From contig NC_135670.1 in NCBI RefSeq assembly GCF_964188315.1, positions 27,466,001 through 27,530,000 of the forward strand: a stretch of 64,000 nucleotides of DNA, written 5' to 3'. This document shows, in pieces, positions 1-18,990 of this stretch. The notes under the pieces are model-generated. The model did no database searches. It worked only from the letters and a program-made list of their open reading frames with translations, and was not told the DNA's origin. Source of the DNA: Podarcis muralis. Taxonomy: Eukaryota. Both the position numbers and the translations under genes were made by a program. Position 1 is the first letter of the stretch, and every line of letters begins with the position of its first letter.

Positions 1-479
1 GTTTCCTTGTAATTAAAAGTAACAGCTTTCCAATATCATAAATAAACTAAAACAATTATGGTCCATCTTATTCACTTTTCTTAACATTCTAAATCCCATT
101 TACGGTATTTAATCATAACTTAGTTTAATCCTAGGCCTATTTGTTTCTTTCAAGTAATTTCTAATTTTTTTATATTACAATATTTATTCAAACAGTCCTT
201 AAATTTCCTCCAGTCCTCTTGCAACTCCTATTCTTTCTGGTCGCGGATTCTTCCAGTCAGGTTCTTCCAGTCCAGAATTCTTTGGGACCTAAGCCACGTG
301 CTTTGCATGTTAGTGCGCGCGCGCAGCATTCGATTCCTCCACCGAAATTCCGAGAGTTTCTCCATCTAGCAGTTAAGCTCGGAAATCTCCTATCCGTTCC
401 ATGAAACGCCTCTAGAACTTTATCTATCCGGGAGCCCCACAGAGAGGCAGCCATAGCAACGGATGGGTCCTGCAAATAG

Positions 480-1200
480 ACGCCTCCTTGCTGATTGGCC
501 GACCGTCCGCCGGCCACGGCCACGTGGCTTTTTCTTTCCCCGACACAACAACACAGCCCGCGCCATGCCATTGGCTTCAAAACCCGTCGCTCCTTACTTG
601 CCCTGCCCCGCTGCATAGAGAGTGGCATCCCTCCAGCCCTTGGCGAGCCTGTGAGTGCTCCTGAGTGGCTGCGCTCTCTTTCGGCCACGCCCCTGCGCCC
701 TCTCCCCGCCCTATCAGCGGCTTGACAAGCAAAGGGGCTTGGCCGCTCCCGGAGCCCCGACCTTAAAGGGCGCGCAGCCCTTTCCGCTCTTGCCTCGGGT
801 CTCCTCGATCTCCCGCCATGGCCTACCAAGGATTCGCCGCGGAGTACCTGGGCATCCCCGCCGTGACGCGCGCCTACACCACCGCCTGCGTCATCACCAC
901 CGCTGCCGTGGTAATCGCTGGGGAGGGGGAGAGAAAGGGAGGCAGGCGGAGATCCAACAGGGAGAGCCGCCACAGCCCGCCCGGTGCGATGCCCGCCTGC
1001 CTTGCATGGAGCGCATTTTCTTTCCGGCCCGAGGTTGGCTCGGGGCGGCGGCGGCGGCAGCCCCATCGCCCTTGCCTCGGGCCTGGGGTGGCGGTTTCCG
1101 TTCCCTCTTGCCAGCAACCCTTGGGCTCTGCTGCCCCGAGTGGGGATTGCACGAGGACGGCATTGCACGCCTCTCCTCTTCCTGGGAAGCAGCTGGGATG
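480..1200 (+). promoter_or_regulatory. CpG-rich DERL3 promoter/first exon region with CCAAT boxes and a CCACG/CACGTG cluster
   Basis: High GC/CpG; ATTGG at 494-498 and 570-574; CCACG at 514-518 and palindrome GCCACGTGGC at 519-528. Confidence 0.6.
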
Positions 1201-4200
1201 AAGGGCGGACGAGGCAGGGCTACCTGGAAAGCCCATCAGAGCCAGGCAGGCGCTGCCTTTGCTGTGCGCCCAGGATCCCTGCTCAGCCCATTGCCTGCCT
1301 TTTTGTATTTTGCAGCAACTGGAGTTCATCACGCCTTTCCAGCTGTATTTCAATCCGGATCTCATTTTCAGGAAGTTCCAGGTGAGGCCTGGCCCTGCCC
1401 CCGTTTGCTTGCTAGCCTCAGGGCAGGATGTGTTTCCAGTGGCTGTTTGGCAGTCCCATGCTCGCTTCAGAAAGGACCTATTTCTGGGGACAGGGGAGTT
1501 CTCAGGAAGTGTTGGCGGAAGCAAGCAACAGGCTTCTTGCAAGAAGACTGTGTGTGCATCTGGTGGAAGGTGCTGGGTTGGTGCTGTATTTGGCCACCTG
1601 GTGCTCTTTCCTTTTCTCCTTTTCTTGCAGATCTGGCGACTCATCACCAACTTCCTGTTTTTTGGGCCGCTGGGATTCAGCTTCTTCTTCAACATGATAT
1701 TCCTGTATCCTTTGACCCTGACTACTTATTTTTGCGCTCTCTCTCTGCCCCTTTCAAAAAGTGTTCTTGGCTTATCCTGACGGCACAATGACCTGCCCTT
1801 TGCCTCTGCTGCCTCTGAAGGTCTGCATGGGTAAACGACACAGCCCTTAAGACAAAAAAAGCAGCTGGAGAGCAGAATCCTAAAAGTAACAGGAGCCAAA
1901 ATTCATATGGTCTCTTAGCAGCAGTTTCTGACCATGTGGCTCACCTACAACGTGTGAGCAAGGACTATACCCCAGTTCATGGACTGGGAGGGAGACACAG
2001 GCTGCACATGTTAAATAGGTAAAGGGACCCCTGACCATTAGGTCCAGTTGTGACCGACTCTGGGGTTGTGGCGCTCATCTCGCTTTATTGGCCAAGGGAG
2101 CCGGCGTACAGCTTATGGGTCATGTGGCCAACATGACTAAGCCGCCTCTGGCGAACCAGAGCAGCGCATGGAAACGCCGTTTACCTTCCCGCCAGAGCGG
2201 TACCTATTTATCTACTTGCACTTTGATGTGCTTTCAAACTGCTAGGTTGGCAGGAGCAGGGACTGAGCAACGGGAGCTCACCCTGTCACGGGGATTTGAA
2301 CCGCCGACCTTCTGATCGGCAAGTCCTAGGCTCTGTGGTTTAACCCGCAGCGCCACCCGCGTCCTTTGCATATGTTAAGTAGCAGCACACAAACTACCTC
2401 ATTAAACTGTAGAGCAAAGTATCAAATTGGTCCAAGATGTAAAACTCAGAACTCTTAAGTTTGGTGGGAATTTTCTTCCCAGGCCTAGGAAGCCCACTTA
2501 GCTGCACAGCTCAGATGGGAACCAAGGCAAATCTCAGCTTGCTAGAAGGAAGCCTGGCCCAAGTCAGGAACTGGAATAGATGGAGAGGATTTGATCTGTG
2601 CCACAGTAATAGGGGTATTCAGACCATACCCCTCACATACTTTTGGAGCAGGGCGTTGCTGACATGAATGGATGATGATGAGATCAGAAACTTCCATGCC
2701 TAGTAACCATAGCATACAAAATCTCTCTTCTTAGGACTGAAAGCCTGTTAACAAGATGCTTTCTCCAGAGTATTGGAAACTCCTATGTATACTTACGAAA
2801 TGTGCAGTTGGGGCACACCAAAAAGGAGGAGCTCCATGTATGTCCTGCTACCCTCTAGCCAAGGGCTGCTCAGGGTTAGGGTTAGGGTATGCAAGTTGCT
2901 ATTGTTTTCAAAGGAATCTCCAGTCCTTCTGAAGCCAAATCCCCACCCAAGTTCACACTGTGCTGCAGCAGGGCCAAAGGTGCTGCCTCTAACCAGATGT
3001 GTTGGGCAACCTTCTGCCCTCAAGGTAAAAGGCACTGTGGTTTGGTTCAGATCTGCCCGCCCTTGCCCAAGTGGCTGTTTTTGTGGTGAAATGACTTTTG
3101 TCCGCATTAGCCCTAGGGCTATTCTGCCTAGCAATCCATCCATCCGTTAGTTTCCTTTACTACCTCCCTCCATTGCTGCCTGCTCACAGGTACAGATACT
3201 GCAGGATGCTGGAAGAAGGCTCTTTCCGCGGAAGGACTGCAGACTTCATCTTCATGTTCCTCTTTGGAGGGTTTCTCATGACAGTATCCTTTCCCGTTGA
3301 TTTGCTCAGTGTTCTCCTTCCGGATTGGTTTTGCTCTCACCTGGGACCATGGCAAAGGGGCTGCCACCCTGTCCATTCTGGCTTCATGGCTTTTCCTGTA
3401 TCCTGATTTTTGCATAGCGCACACACGCACGATTCACGATATATTGCCAGGTCAACATTTTTGAAACAGATTGCCACAATATGGACTTCAAACTGGTTTT
3501 GGATGATATATCAGTATACTGTCCAGCCTTATTCTGGACCCAATTCCAAGGTGCTCTCATTAGTGTTTAGAGCTCAAAATGACTCCCCCCCCCCAAGTAT
3601 CTGCAGGATTGCAAGATCTGCAATACCCTCTCGGGCATTAAGACCTGCAGAGGGAGTGCTTCTGGTAGTTCCACTGCCAAGAGGTTAGGGTGGTAATTTG
3701 TTTTAATATTGTATTTTTAAATTGTTGTGACCTCCCTCGGACCTTAAAATGAAGGGCAGGTAATAAATAATAATAATGATGATAGGAAGCTGCTTTAGGG
3801 GACTCTTTCAGCCTTTGTTGAGCCAATTAAATCTCTCCACACCCCCTGCCTTGACTCTGTAGCTCTCAGCTTTTTGGACTCTTTGCCAGCCTCTTCTTCC
3901 TGGGCCAGGCCTTCACCATCATGCTGGTTTACGTGTGGAGCCGGAGGAATCCCTATATCCGCATGAACTTCTTTGGGCTGCTGAACTTCCAGGCGCCTTT
4001 CCTGCCCTGGGTCCTGATGGGCTTCTCACTGCTGCTGGGCAATTCCATCATCATTGACCTCTTAGGTGAGGGTGGGCGCTTCTTCTTCTTGCAGAGCTTC
4101 TCGGAATATCTGTGAGGAGCTGGTTTTCACAAACAGTGGCGTAGCATGGGGCTGGGGCTACTGGGGTAATTGCCCATGCACAATTTTTTAAAGGGGTGCA

Positions 4201-7127
4201 CTGCTGCAGCTGCCACCCTGATTGGAGGAACTCCCTGTCCTGCCCGTCTGCCTCACCTGAGCAGCACGCCAAGCAGGAGGTGGGAGAGGATGGGCTTTTG
4301 CATCCCTTGGCCAGGGGGCATCCCCCCACCTGTGGGGGAGGCGGGCAGGTGGCAGCAGCAGGGAGGTGCACATGTATGTCCCACCGCTACTCCACAGCTC
4401 TGTCTGGCAGCGGCAGCAGCAGCAGAGGCAGCATGGAGACACCAGTTTGGGTTGCAATACTTTCCTTGCCCCGAGCACTGGCAAACCATGCTATGCCACT
4501 GCTCACAAAGGCTTTGCCAGGTGAGGGCTGTGCTGCCTCTGCAGCTCCCTTGCAGATAGTTGCTTTGCTGCCTTGAGGACTATTCAGATGCTGTGAGAGG
4601 TAACATGCTGATAATGCTGGTGTAGCTTTCCAAGACGTTATCTTTTAGGAGTGTTATGTGTGGGTGTTGATGAGGCAAAACACCTAGTCAGTGCCTGGAG
4701 GCGGTTTCTCCAAGGCTTGCAGCTAGCTATGGCTGTATCCACAGGACCAGGTCCTGGTTTGGGAAGCAGTTAGAAAAAGGGGATATCCAGGCAAGGCAGC
4801 GCAGTTCCTGGGGACAGTCTAGGACAAGCATGGCCAAACTTGGCCCTCCAGCTGTTTTGGGACTACAGTTCCCATCATCCCTGACAACTGGACCTGTTAG
4901 CTAGGGATGATGGGAGTTGTAGTCCCAAAACAGCTGGATGGCCAAGTTTGGCCATGCCTGGTCTAGATGTGCTGCTGTGGAGAAGAGTCCTAAGACTGGA
5001 TGGAGGTGGCTGGCTTGAGGGGGTAGGGAGAAAAAGGAGGATGGGTTTGTGTAGTGATAGCACATAGTAAAGTCCCTTGGTTCTTCTGCTTTTGAAAGCA
5101 GGTTTCTCCCCCAGCTCTGACAGCACTCACTAGTGACCCAACAGATGTGGTCATCCTGAGAAGGTGGAAGCAGAGAGTTAGAGATTCTGTTTCCTATTGG
5201 CCAGAGGCTACACTGCTGGGTCAATGACCCTAAGAGCGTCATCCTATCCCAAACAGTTGTCAAATGCAGGTGTTTTTACCTTATTGAAATCAGTGTCTGT
5301 ACCTGCTGGGTTATGGGACGCGGGTGGCGCTGTGGGTTAACCACAGAGCCTAGGACTTGCCGATCAGAAGGTCAGCGATTCGAATCCCCGCGACAGGGTG
5401 AGCTCCCGTTGCTCGGTCCCAGCTCCTGACCCACCTAGCAGTTCAAAAGCACGTCAAAGTGCAAGTAGATAAATAGGTACCGCTCCGGCAGCAAGGTACA
5501 TGTTGTTTCCGTGCACTGCTCTGGTTCACCAGAAGCGGCTTAGTCATGCTGGCCACATGACCTGGAAGCTGTCTGCGGACAAACGCCAGCTCCCTCGGCC
5601 TATAGAGTGAGATGAGCGCCGCAACCCCAGAGTCGGTCACGAGTGGACATAATGTTCAGGGCTCCCTTTACCTTTAACCTGCAGGGTTTAAGAAGAGTCT
5701 CAATTTACAGGGCTCATGCCTCCTCTTTGAACTGCTGCTATGCTGCAGAAGATTCTGGTGGCAAATTGTCACAAACCAGCAGTGCACCAGGGGAAATGTA
5801 TTTGGGTGGTGGGCTATGGAAACGAAGCCATTGCCTCTAGCTGTACTGGCAAAAGAGATCTAGATAGTAGCTTCTCAGACCTTTGTTTCTCCTGCAGGAA
5901 TAGCCGTGGGTCACGTCTACTACTTCCTTGAGGATGTCTTTCCCAACCAACCCGGAGGGAAAAAGTTGTTACTAACACCAGGATTCCTGTAAGTAAATGG
6001 CCAACTTTATCAGGCAGTCCTACAAAGCAGGTTGAAGAATGGGCCACCCTCATTCAACCATAGAAGCACACAAAGAGGCAGTATTATGATGGACGCAGAT
6101 GTGGCGTTTTCCTCCTGCCTTGACTAGAAAACGGGGAGAGGGAGGATCTTCAGTGTTTGAAGGAAGAGAGCAGGGATAAAAGGAAATGGAAAAGGACTAC
6201 ACATACATGTTGGTTGTACAGTGGTGCCTCGCAAGACAAAATTAATTCGTTCCGCGAGTTTTGTCGTCTTGCGATTTTTTCCGTCTTGCGAAGCACGGTG
6301 TCGGGAAAGTTTTGGAAAAGCTTCAAAAATCACCAAAGTCTTTAAAAACCTCAAAAAAGGCTACCACACCGCGTGCTATGAGTTGCTCCTCGAAGTCAAG
6401 TCGCAACTGTATTAACGGTGTTAAGAAAAAGGAAACAAACTTGCAAGACGTTTCTGTCTTGCGAAGCAAGCCCATAGGGAAAATCGTCTTGCAAAGCAGC
6501 TCAAAAAACAAAAAACCCTTTCGTCTAGCGAGTTTTTTGTTTTGCGAGGCATTCGTCTTGCGAGGTACCACTGTATACACCTCAAAACATTAACAGAGAC
6601 AAATACCACCAATGAGCCTCGTTTGATCCCCAGTGTACACTTGGTGCCATACAACATTTGGCAAGGCTAAGCAGGTCCCAGCAAGCTCCCCGCACCCCGT
6701 GTTATAAGAAAGGCAAACTGCTCCTACAATGCAGGTTGCCAGCCACAGACCCTTCCTTTCCTTATAGGTCCATCCTGTTAAGTTAAATGTTTCTGGTCCT
6801 GCTTAGGAGATTTAGAGCATGTTTAGAGATCTTGATGTGCTCTTCGGTGCTGTTGTGTCTCAGAACAGGGACCTGTTTTTGTGTAACAGCCTCCCACAAA
6901 AACAAGCAAGCAAGCAAAAGGGAAGGAGCAGCTCATTTGAGCTCCTCTTCCAGTGTAGGAAAGTGTGTGTTTTGTCTTTGTGGCATGGATCTCATTTTGT
7001 GGTTGGGGTTTTCCTTCGCAGAAAGCTGGTATTTGACCCTCCCGAAGAGGACCCCAACTACAACCCTCTCCCGGAAGACCACCCTATGCCTGCTCCAGAC
7101 CAAAACCTGCCACAGGAACCCCAATAG
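818..7127 (+). CDS. DERL3: Derlin-3 (ERAD rhomboid-like membrane protein), 7 coding exons, 239 aa
   Basis: Exons 818-910, 1316-1381, 1631-1704, 3190-3283, 3870-4065, 5898-5988, 7022-7127 (93/66/74/94/196/91/106 nt = 720 nt) join in frame with GT/AG ends. Translation [10 protein letters not shown]...[26 protein letters not shown]...[17 protein letters not shown]...[26 protein letters not shown]3-type termini and tail-to-tail position next to SMARCB1 favour DERL3 over DERL2. Confidence 0.95.
1705..3189 (+). other. U12-type (minor spliceosome) GT-AG intron 3 of DERL3
   Basis: Donor GTATCCTTT at 1705; branch-like TTCCTTTAC at 3152-3160; CAG acceptor at 3187-3189. Confidence 0.85.
2017..2364 (-). 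mobile_element. Sauria/Squam1-type tRNA-derived SINE
   Basis: Reverse complement of the GGGACGCGGGTGGCGCTG head and (ACCTTT) tail. Confidence 0.9.
3284..3869 (+). other. U12-type (minor spliceosome) GT-AG intron 4 of DERL3
   Basis: Donor GTATCCTTT at 3284; branch CCTTGAC at 3849-3855; in-frame CAG acceptor ending 3869. Confidence 0.88.
4829..4956. mobile_element. short palindromic MITE
   Basis: Near-perfect hairpin CATGGCCAAACTTGGCC...GGCCAAGTTTGGCCATG; relatives at about 9360-9470, 26550-26670, 35040-35125, 42440-42560. Confidence 0.75.
5315..5675 (+). mobile_element. Sauria/Squam1-type SINE
   Basis: Same head and tail; imperfect ACCTGC(T/A)GGGTT TSD. Confidence 0.9.
6219..6573. mobile_element. 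Tc1/mariner-type MITE
   Basis: TIR CAGTGGT(G/A)CCTCGCAAGAC, TA TSD; related copies 19203-19428 and 33515-33740. Confidence 0.85.
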
Positions 7128-7674
7128 TGACGGCACAGCAAGTCCCTTCTGCCTAAGACTGTTCTGCACGGACAGGTGTGTGGATGGCCCCCTGAGCAGC
7201 TCCACAGCTGGGTGGGTTGCATTCTCCTGCCACTCCAATTCCCTTCTGCTGCTAAGCTGTCCTCTAGTGTTGTGGATAGGATGGGGGACAATTCTGTTTA
7301 TGTGCCAGATGCTGTAAAGGACTAGAAGATGATGAATTTGCACTGGACAAACTACAGGCAGAAGGCAACCGGGCAGATGCTGAGCCTTGCACCCCGTCAA
7401 CTTCCACGTTAAACCAAAAAATCCAATCTCCTGTTGCTGGCCTGTCTGGGCCCAAGAAGATAGGCTGTTGGTGGAACTGCCCCCCGCCTCAACTCTGGAT
7501 CTGACCCAGAATTGGGCCTAGCATGTTTCAGCATTCTCAGGCCTCACTGGGCAGTTCTTGTGCAGCCAGTACTAATTCCATGAGAAGTCTGCGGACTGCC
7601 CTGACCACCTGCCTCTCCAGCATTCCCTCACCTACTTCTCTGTTTTGCCCATTTATTTCAACCTCTGTAAAAAT

Positions 7675-7680
7675 AATAAA
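7675..7680 (+). terminator. candidate DERL3 polyadenylation signal
   Basis: First AATAAA I found downstream of the stop codon (about 550 nt after it). Confidence 0.5.
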
Positions 7681-9828
7681 TGTTGGAAGCAGAATAGAGT
7701 GCATAGCCACTGTGTCCTTTAAAGTTACAGCTCTGGATCTCAGGAGTTAAGTCTCTCCTGTTTTGCAGCTGTGGCTGCAAATATACAAGCCAATGCCTCA
7801 AGAAACTCTGGGTGAGTGGGGCTAATTAAAGTGAGACCTGAATCCAAAATCTGTTTGCCTCTTGACTACATCTTTTGCTTCTTTCTGGGTCCTGACCCTT
7901 GACATTATTCTCAGGCAGCAATTAAAATGCCTGATACCATGTTTTATAAAACTGGTTTAATATAAAAGCTGCTGCCTGAAGTTTTGGTCCTATAGTCTCA
8001 GAAACCCAGGGCATGCCTTGAAACTGATGGACCTTGGCTGGGCTCTGCAGCCTTCAAGGGAACCTTCCTCACATGTAGTGTCCTGTTTTCCTGCCATGTT
8101 GGGCTTCCCCCAACTAGCTGCAGCTTACATGGAGGAATCAGAGAAGGAAAAAGATGCAGATGCTCACCCAGAAGCCATTCTGAATACTCCCTGGCTTCAT
8201 CCCATGGCAAGCCAGTGTTGAAGGCCAAAGCCATGGGTCCACACTGGGCTGCTTCACAGAAGCAGATTCTGGGATGGGATACTGGCAACATGACAACAGC
8301 CTTAGTATTGTATGAATATCAGGATGTGCTGGTCCTGGAAAGGGATGAAGTGTTCCTGCAACAGCTGCTTTCCAGGGAGCAGGAGGCGGCTTGTCATTTC
8401 TATTATGTAACATGATCCAACTCACATTAGAAAATATATATTTTTTTAAAGGTAGTGCACAAACAGCAGCACCTTCAAAACAGTACAAAAAAGTATCAGC
8501 TTACAGAGGGGAAAGAAATACCTGTGTTTCTCTGTGAAGCCAACAATCCAAATTGCTGAATATCCGACCATTAGACTCTGGCACATCACTCTGGCTTAGT
8601 CCTCTTGTAGTGATCTGTGGCTCTTGCTAATGTTTAAGAGACAGATGTTGGAAAGAGAAGATGCCCCTGGTGGGGAGAATGTACAAAGTACCAGCCTGCA
8701 AGCACTGCCTGTGACAAATTGCTTAGGTAGTTGATTCAGGCCTTGCCTAAACCCAGTGGATTCTCCAGCTGCAGCTTCTGTCGGTGCTGCTTGGCCGGGC
8801 TTGCATACAGCTGCATGCACTGGAGACCCACAATGCCAGTTCAATGTTCGGGCAATAAGCATGACCTGCCCTGGTAGTATTCTGCTGCAGAGTGTGTGTG
8901 AAATGGGATTGGGGAGGGAGAAGGCAGCCTCCACCCCATGCCAGATTCAAGTGCTTTGTTAACACATAACAGGCTACAGTCCCAACACAGACTGTTCTTG
9001 TTGTTGCTTTTAAGACATATTCAGAAACTGCACTGGGCTCATTCTGCTAAGAGCAGGTAAAGCAGATTGACTCCTGTACAGACACATTTTAAGACTTAAA
9101 AACATCTCTTAACCTTGCTGCTTTAACATCAAGCACTAAAACAAAGCTAAGCAGATTTGCTAACTGACTCTTCCTTTGTGAAAGATGCCACAAGCTAGCT
9201 ACTGTTGTACCTTTTCGAGAAACTACATCCCTCTCTAACAGCACCCCTCATCTTTGTACAGAAGGATGGGTTGCAGAAAAAGAAAAAAGCCGCTGCTGTG
9301 TGAAATAGTAATAAAAAACGGAAGATCATCAGTGCTAGTCTGGACTAGAAGGGGAGAACCTTTGGGGCTCCAGATGTGGTTGAACTACAACTCCCATCAT
9401 GCTTGGCCCATTTACTGTGCTTGTCAGGACTGATGCAAGCTGTAGTTCAGCAACTTCTGGGAAGCCATGGCTGCCCCATCCGTGGTGTAGACTTGGAAGG
9501 CAAAGGCAGGAAAGAAAACTGGGAATGCACATCAGAGAAGGCCTGACAAACAAAAATTATTATTCATTTATTTAAAAACTTGTCCTAAGGTTTTTGGGGG
9601 AGGGGGGAGAGAAGGGCTCAGACAGCTGCCACAGGTCTTTATTGGACCCCTTGTTTGACAGGTACCCACGAGGTGGAGAGGTCACCATCCCTCTGGTCTG
9701 CTGGGCCAGCCAATGCAAGTACCGCCAGTCCCCAGGTGGGCATAGAAAGCATAACAAATGCTTGCCCTTTGCTTGGCTCCTCATGGACACAGCCTGGAGG
9801 CTGAATCCTCTTGTCCACTTCGGGAGGG

Positions 9829-16560
<6,732 letters not shown>

Positions 16561-16837
16561 GACTGTCTGAGCTGGGATGAGCGAGTTATTTATGTATTTA
16601 TTTTATTTATTTAATTTCTATACCGCCCTATACCCGAAGGTCTCAGGGCGGTTCACATAAAATATCATTTACATAAAATCAAAACGAAACCAGCAACCCA
16701 ATAAAACCATCCAAAAGAGCCAGCATTTTAAAAAATGGTATAGGATGTAGGTCAAGTCAGGCAAAGGCCTGGCTGAAAAGGAACGTTTTTGCCTGGCGCC
16801 TAAACTTCCCTGGGGAGAGCAGTTGCACTATCTTCAT

Positions 16838-17347
16838 CATGGCTGTCAACTTTCAGATTTGAAAATAAGGGATCAGCAGCCTCAAAAATAAGGGCTCAGC
16901 AGCCTCACCTGTTCCGGGGACAGTCTATGGCACGGGTGTCAAACACAAGGCCCGTGGGCCAAATCCGGCCCGCCAGACCTCGTCATGTGGCCCGTGTAGC
17001 TGCCGGCGGCCGCCAGCCTTCACCTTTTATTCTCGCGTTTTTGTTTTTTTTTTGACACAAGAAAGCTGCCTCTTCAGCGCATGCGCGGCAGCCTACAAGC
17101 CAGAGAACGCCTGCCCTCTAGCGGCGCCGGCCGTTCTACACAGGAAACCTCCACTTTACACATAGTCCTACAGATACAACCGGCCCTTTGAGGGTGACCA
17201 AACTGCTGATGCGGCCCCCGATGAATTTGAGTTTGACACCCCTGGTCTATGGGATATAAAACAATTCAGGATAGCAGCTGGAAGCAGCGGGAAATGGTGC
17301 TGCAATAAGGGAATTTCCTGCAAAAAAAGGGAAGGTTGACAGCTATG
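16838..17347. mobile_element. nested hAT MITEs upstream of SMARCB1 (inner 16931-17244)
   Basis: Outer TIR CAT(A/G)GCTGTCAAC with TSD ATCTTCA(T/G); inner TIR CA(C/G)GGGTGTCAAAC with perfect TSD GTCTATGG; outer family also at 39315-39836. Confidence 0.85.
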
Positions 17348-18098
17348 ATCTTCAGTTGGGGAGTTCAACTGGCTGAGCGTGGGAATCAACCGCCAAGCCT
17401 GGAGATCTGCTGCATCTGAAACTGCTGCTGGTGGATCCTACCCTGGTATTGCTCCTTAAACTAGCCAATCCTAACAGTTTAGGAGGGTGGGAGAAATCCA
17501 AGTCATTTCGCATTTCGAGTACCTGATTCACACTCTCAGAAATGGAGACACAACAAGAGGCAGTGAGCTAATGAGATGCCCCTTTCAAAGTGGGCAGGGA
17601 CAAAGGCTGGATGGGATGAGATTCTCACATTAACAACAACAACAACTATCTAGCCTTTGTTCTTAACTGTTGTCTTCAAACCCCTCTGGAAGCCAAGACC
17701 AGTTATTTCTGTTGCACCTTTCATTTCCTCCCAAGAGAGGCCATACAGATCTGAAATAACATGTAAGTTATTCAAGCTGAAGATAGATCAAAACAAAACA
17801 AAACCTAAACCCATATCGATTTGCAGTTAACCAACTGCACAATCCATACATCTTGCCACCAGATGGAGATATTGTATGTGTCTGAGCTCTCTCTCTCTCT
17901 CTGTGTGTGTGTGTGTAAGAGAGAGAACTACAACCACAATATTGTACCTCTTCATCATTGAGGGGGAATGCAATGAGGATCTAGGAAAGAGTTGGTGTTT
18001 TGAGTCACTTTGAGGGTGTAGCTGCTTTCTTTTTAGCAAAGCTGCTGCCCTCCTCCTGCACTCTGAGACAGTTATTAAGAAGCTGACATATTTGCATA

Positions 18099-18451
18099 GG
18101 GACACGGGTGGCGCTGTGGGTTAAACCACAGAGCCTAGGACTTGCCGATCAGAAGGCTGGCGGTTTGAATCCCCGTGACAGGGTGAGCTCCCGTTGCTTG
18201 GTCCCTGCTCCTGCCCACCTAGCAGTTCGAAAGCACGTCAAAAGTGCAAGTAGATAAATAGGTACCGCTCCGGTGGGAAGGTAAACGGCATTTCCGTGCA
18301 CTTCTCTGGTTCGCCAGAAGCGGCTTAGTCATGCTGGCCACATGACCCGGAAGCTGTAGGCCGGCTCCCTCGGCCAATAAAGTGAGATGAGCGTCGCAAC
18401 CCCAGAGTTGGTCACGACTGGACCTAATGGTTAGGGCTCCCTTTACCTTTT
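18099..18451 (+). mobile_element. Sauria/Squam1-type SINE inserted at the V1 octamer
   Basis: 12-bp TSD CATATTTGCATA at 18087-18098 and 18452-18463. Confidence 0.93.
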
Positions 18452-18454
18452 CAT

Positions 18455-18462
18455 ATTTGCAT
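18455..18462 (+). promoter_or_regulatory. Ig promoter octamer of V1 (second copy at 18090-18097)
   Basis: ATTTGCAT 103 bp before the leader ATG. Confidence 0.85.
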
Positions 18463-18557
18463 ACAGTGGCTGTTCTCCTCACTTCTGAGGGGTTAAGAGG
18501 TTCTCGGAGGAGAGGCCAAGGAGAGGTCTCTTTCGGGAAGATCCTCTGCATCTCCCC

Positions 18558-18990
18558 ATGATGGAGTGGTGCCTGTTCCTTGCCACAGTCCTGGTCTCCA
18601 TTGGTAAGAGAAACTAGTTTGAGACAGACCCAGGTCTTTCTCATCCTCTCCCAGAGTGCAGACTTTGCTACACTGAGATATAGTTCGATAAGCTGGTCCT
18701 TACCTCATTCCTTCTCAGGTCTCGGCATCCAGCAACTACAGTCCCCGAAACCCTCAGAGGCTGTTCCTCTAGGTGGGACCATCAGCATGTCTTGCACATT
18801 TGATAGCGGAAGCATCACTGATAACAACTACCCTCTCTGGATCTAGCACAGTTGGGTAAAGTGCTGTGGCTGTTGCTTTACCACACCAGCAAAAGAGCAT
18901 TCGGTGTCCCAGCCCATTTCTCTGGGTCTAGAACTGGGGATACAATGTCTTTGGCCATCACTGGGGCCTTGCAAGAAGATGAAACTGTAC
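18558..18990 (+). pseudogene. IGLV pseudogene V1
   Basis: Leader 18558-18603 (MMEWCLFLATVLVSIG/gtaaga); V exon from 18719 (QQLQSPKPSEAVPLGGTISMSC...NYPLWI*); in-frame TAG at 18844-18846; FR3 breaks off at LQEDET into a MITE end, with no YYC and no RSS. Confidence 0.9.

Noticed and set aside
257-1791. Long ORFs (303, 378, 273 aa) over the DERL3 5' region and similar ORFs at 15.7-16.4 kb
   Set aside because: Stop-poor frames expected in CpG islands; they overlap real exons and introns and have no recognisable domains.
5315-5400. tRNA genes at SINE heads
   Set aside because: A/B-box heads continue into SINE bodies with tails and TSDs; no complete cloverleaf recognised.
818-7127. DERL2 assignment
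   Set aside because: The mid-region is DERL2-like, but [15 protein letters not shown], the FPNQPGGK...TPGFLKL tail and SMARCB1 synteny are DERL3 features.
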